A DNA stretch of 63,724 nucleotides, the filler included, from Perkinsus chesapeaki ATCC PRA-425 (lineage: Eukaryota; Protista; Perkinsozoa): assembly GCA_013115145.1 (NCBI GenBank). It is 5 parts of 5 records of this genome, joined end to end, with 100 filler letters (N's around TTAATTAATTAA, not from the genome) between each part and the next. Parts side by side here need not be neighbours in the genome. Positions count along the whole stretch, not along the records: positions 59,403 to 63,724 come from JAAPAO010001277.1; 4 more parts are not named here. The stretch is one strand, 5' to 3'. Shown here piece after piece: positions 59,403 through 63,724 of the stretch. A program made the translations under genes and the position numbers. Under the pieces are notes generated by a model that saw nothing but the letters and a program-made list of their open reading frames with translations, made no database searches and had not been told where the DNA came from. Within the stretch, counting starts at the first letter, position 1, and each line of letters begins with the position of its first letter.

Positions 59403-62400
59403 TATTATAAGGTTAAAGGTAATATATTATATATAATACAGTGCATCTATTTATTTATTTATTAAAGCTGGGTATCTAGTTATATTAATAATGGCCAGCT
59501 GTATTGATTATATTACTAATTATTATATTATATGCTGGCCATAGTATATTTATCTATCTAATATCATATGATTAATAATCTATAACTATACATATTAATA
59601 TATATAAATACCTATAGAATACAATATTAATAATAAATAGGCATGCAATATATCTAGTAATCTATAACGTAATATAATATATTATAATTATATAATAGCA
59701 GGTATAACTAATAGATTATAATTATATTAATACATTATACCAGTATTAGATATTATTAAATACACATATTAATGATATATATTTATAGATGTTTATAATA
59801 AACTATTGGCTATATATTTATTTATAATATAAATAGCTGGGGATAGATAAAAATCTAACAATATATAATAAACTGCCATTAGACGCTATTAACCCAGCTA
59901 ATATATCTTATATTATAATGAACTATTATCTCTAATTATTATATTTTATATTTAAATCTATATATAGATATATTCTATTATAATATATTATATATTAACT
60001 TATAGTCTATATTATGATATCAATACCTTATCTATATCTAATAATATGAAATATAGCCTTATAATTATATAATATAAATCTGGGCTAATAGTTATAATAT
60101 TGATCTTTATTACATATCTTATTATTATTAATATTATTACTATATAGAATATAATACAATAGTATACATTTATATATATTAATTTAAACTAATGATTATA
60201 ATATTAAAGAATAGAATAAATATAAATATGAATAATTATATATTTAATTAGTTTATAAGATATATAAATACTAATACTTTATCTCTATGCCAGTGTATAA
60301 TTAATAAATAGTATAATAATGATATATCTAACACTGGCATTTATAATATAATATGTATACTAGAATATATTTAGTTATATAACAATACATTATAAATCAT
60401 TATATATAAACAATACTATAGTTATAAGTAATATATATTAAGTATACCAGATTAAATATATTTACATCAGTAGATATTCTATAGATCCATATAATAATAT
60501 ATAATACTATTGTTAATATTAGATATCAATACCATAATATAATGATATATAACTAATCAAACATGATATATTAATCATATTAAATAAAGATATATAAATA
60601 TAGAATAACAATAATATATATGATATCATCTAATGAGACTATAATATAAATATGTAGATATCTATAACAGATTGAATAAAGATCATTATAAATAAATAGA
60701 GATCTAAATATAATAATTATACTACTAGATATTAATATATACTATTAACTATATATAAGAGATATAATATATTCTATAGAACTATAAATGTATTAATAAT
60801 ATAAATATGGTATTAATCCCACTAGTAGATAATAATATATTATTAAATATTAATAGTTATTATATGTTAGCATTAGGTATGGATTATAGATTATATTATA
60901 AAGTATGGCATATCTTATTATTATATAATTATCAATAGTGTTATATTACCAATAGTGATCTATTAATATATAATTAAATATAGCATTATCTATCAGTATT
61001 ATATATCTAGATAATATAATTAATAATACTTTATATCACTAATAATATATTATTATATAGCACTGCACATTATTATTTATATTATATTATAGTAAGATAT
61101 ATTTATTATTGATTGATAGATTATAAGTTAATATTCCCTAGATATACATATTATTAATAATTACCTTATACTATAGAATATGTAATATAAAAACTATTAG
61201 TAATATATAGATATAATATTATATAATAAATGAGATATATAAATTAATATATTACAATAAATGCCATTAACTAGTAAATAGTGTATATTAGTAATATATA
61301 ATATCTATTAATACATATAATTATAAATATATACATATATGATATATTAGTATTAAATAATATAATGCCCTGTGTTTATTTATAAATATATATTATTAGT
61401 ACACAGGGCTATAGATAATTAATAACTTTATAATATTATAATGTCAATATATCTATATCTTTATAATATCTAATCTTTATAATAATATATTATATACCAG
61501 TTTATAACTATTGATTATTATATTGTATATAGACATTATTAATAAATATCATATCTTATATCCATTCTTTATATTATTTATACTATACATCTTATTATAA
61601 TTATATTATATATAGCTAGTTTATAAGGAATGAGATAAAATATATTATATTGATATTTAATGATAAGATAATTATAACAAATAGTATATTAATCTATATT
61701 TTATATATCAATAATCTTATTTTATATTATTACAGCACATGTAAATATTAATAATAAGGTATATAAATATTAGATATCATCATTATTACCTCTATAATTA
61801 ATATATATGCTAGATCTCATATAATTAGATATCTATTATAGATAAGTAATATAATAGCTATTAATAGTTAATATTATATAAATCCCTATAATCTATAGAT
61901 TACTAATACCATATTTATATATCTATTGAGATAAAATATTATATCTTATTATTTATAAATTTATATAACTATTGATTATATTATTATATATTTAGATATC
62001 ATATTATATATATTGTTATATTTAATTAATTATAATAGATTATATAATATAAACTTATGATTAGATCTTGTATTATATCTATATTCACTAATATATACTT
62101 AATAATTATAGTCTATAGATTATATTTATATCTATTTGTATATTTATATTAATTATTATAATACTATTAACTACCTGTAATTCATCATTTAATCTTTATA
62201 ATTTAATATTATATACCTCTAATTATAGCATATATCTATTAATACACTACTTATAATATATTAACTTTATGATATGATATAATAATTATCACTTTATAAT
62301 ATAATATAACAATATAAGATTATTAATAGTTTATTTATATATTATTCTATGTATATTTGTATATTAAATTATATATAAAGATATAGATTTACATATAATA

Positions 62401-63724
62401 TTCATATAAAGTATAGGTTATTAGTAATATCAATATAATCTATTATATATTATTTATCTATTAATTCTTATATCATATGATAATATCTAGTATATGGTAT
62501 TTATAGGATAATTTATCATATAACAATAATATAAGTATAATTATATATAATATGGAAATAGATATACTAATAAATATATGATATAATGACCTGCCTATAG
62601 CTATAGCTATATATAAACTTATAATATAATATATATAAATATAATAGTGGGTATTAGATAAATATAACTAAAGATATTATATAATCTGATAACATATATT
62701 TACTATTAATAATAATATATATACTAGTAATCTTTATATTATAATAAATAATTATATCTCATTAGATGCCCCTGCTAATATAAATATCTTAATATGCCCA
62801 TGCTAATATATAATTATTAATAATAATGCATGGGCTAAGAATATAATATATTTAATTTATTGCATGCCTATACTTATATTATATAGATCTACCTTTATTA
62901 CCAATATACTATATTATTAGTTATTACCCCAGCACCCAGCCCTTCTATAATATTATTAATGCCCAGTACCTAGTTAAATATATTATAACTGGGCATTGAA
63001 GGGCTGTATAAAGTATATATTAGTCTATAAGGTATTTAATATTATGGCCTATTGTATATATATAATATAATTAGTTATATCAGCTATAGATAATAATAAC
63101 AGGTATAATGATAATAAATATTTATTGTAAACTATAGATTATCAATATATAAAATATACATTACATTAACTTATATATATAATATTATTAGATATTTATA
63201 ACCATATATTGTATTTAATATTATAATAATACCTTGTTTATCTATCTATTACTAATTATCTACTTATTAATAAATATAAGGTAATGTATATATATAGATT
63301 ATTAATAATGCTGGTCCGGGTAGATTTATAACTAGTAAACCTATCTTATATTTATAATTCCTTAATATATAATATTTATACCATTACTGATATCTTATAT
63401 ATCTATCTAGAACTGTATATATTTAATTATAAGGTAATATACATATATATATAGCTATCAATAATATATAAATCTAGACTAATAATTATAATCTAATAAG
63501 ATATGATATGACTAGTATAACAATATATATATTTATCTATTATAATATGTAATGTATACTATATCTACTATTAATACATGGGGTATAGATAATATATATT
63601 AAATTGAGATAAACAACTCCTAATATATATATTACTCGTTAATGTATTATAAGATATAGATATAAATATTCATAATATACTATTATTCATTTAATATCCT
63701 TATGCATTATAATAATAAATATAT
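59403..63724. other. Extremely AT-rich, ORF-free contig; possibly mitochondrial non-coding DNA
   Basis: Visibly far more AT-rich than the rest of the window; no ORFs in the track; almost no CpG; GC bases concentrated in short inverted-repeat pairs. No cox1/cox3/cob or rRNA motif recognised. Confidence 0.45.

Overview
Eukaryotic, intron-dense DNA that looks most like the alveolate parasite Perkinsus. That assignment is inferred from the short GT-AG introns, the gene families and the element types; it is not proven. The window is five contigs (1-28774, 28875-52641, 52742-57219, 57320-59302, 59403-63724) joined by artificial 100-nt N-TTAATTAATTAA-N spacers, so adjacency across gaps means nothing. 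Contig 1 holds a large double glycosyltransferase-like gene, a minus-strand cluster of orphan secreted or membrane proteins with a repeated GN..R.PW..RRFDE motif, three tandem SCCPDH-like oxidoreductases, a Cys-repeat/mucin protein and a subtilisin lacking its catalytic Asp and His. Contig 2 holds a CAT-type amino acid permease, a sphingosine/DAG kinase, a TKL protein kinase and AAAP transporters. One AAAP copy is a pseudogene interrupted by a full-length Bel/Pao-like LTR retrotransposon with identical 207-bp LTRs and a Tudor-like integrase tail. Contig 3 holds an EVE/THYN1 gene and a RING-finger gene. Contig 4 is a rearranged gag/protease relic. Contig 5 is extremely AT-rich non-coding DNA with GC-rich inverted-repeat pairs, possibly mitochondrial. 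The most striking unexplained pattern is that many tiny introns in unrelated genes carry the same few short elements (an 18-bp palindrome, a 28-bp TIR element, two GC-rich motifs, tRNA-like pieces), in either orientation. Exon-intron structures were worked out by eye and are approximate.
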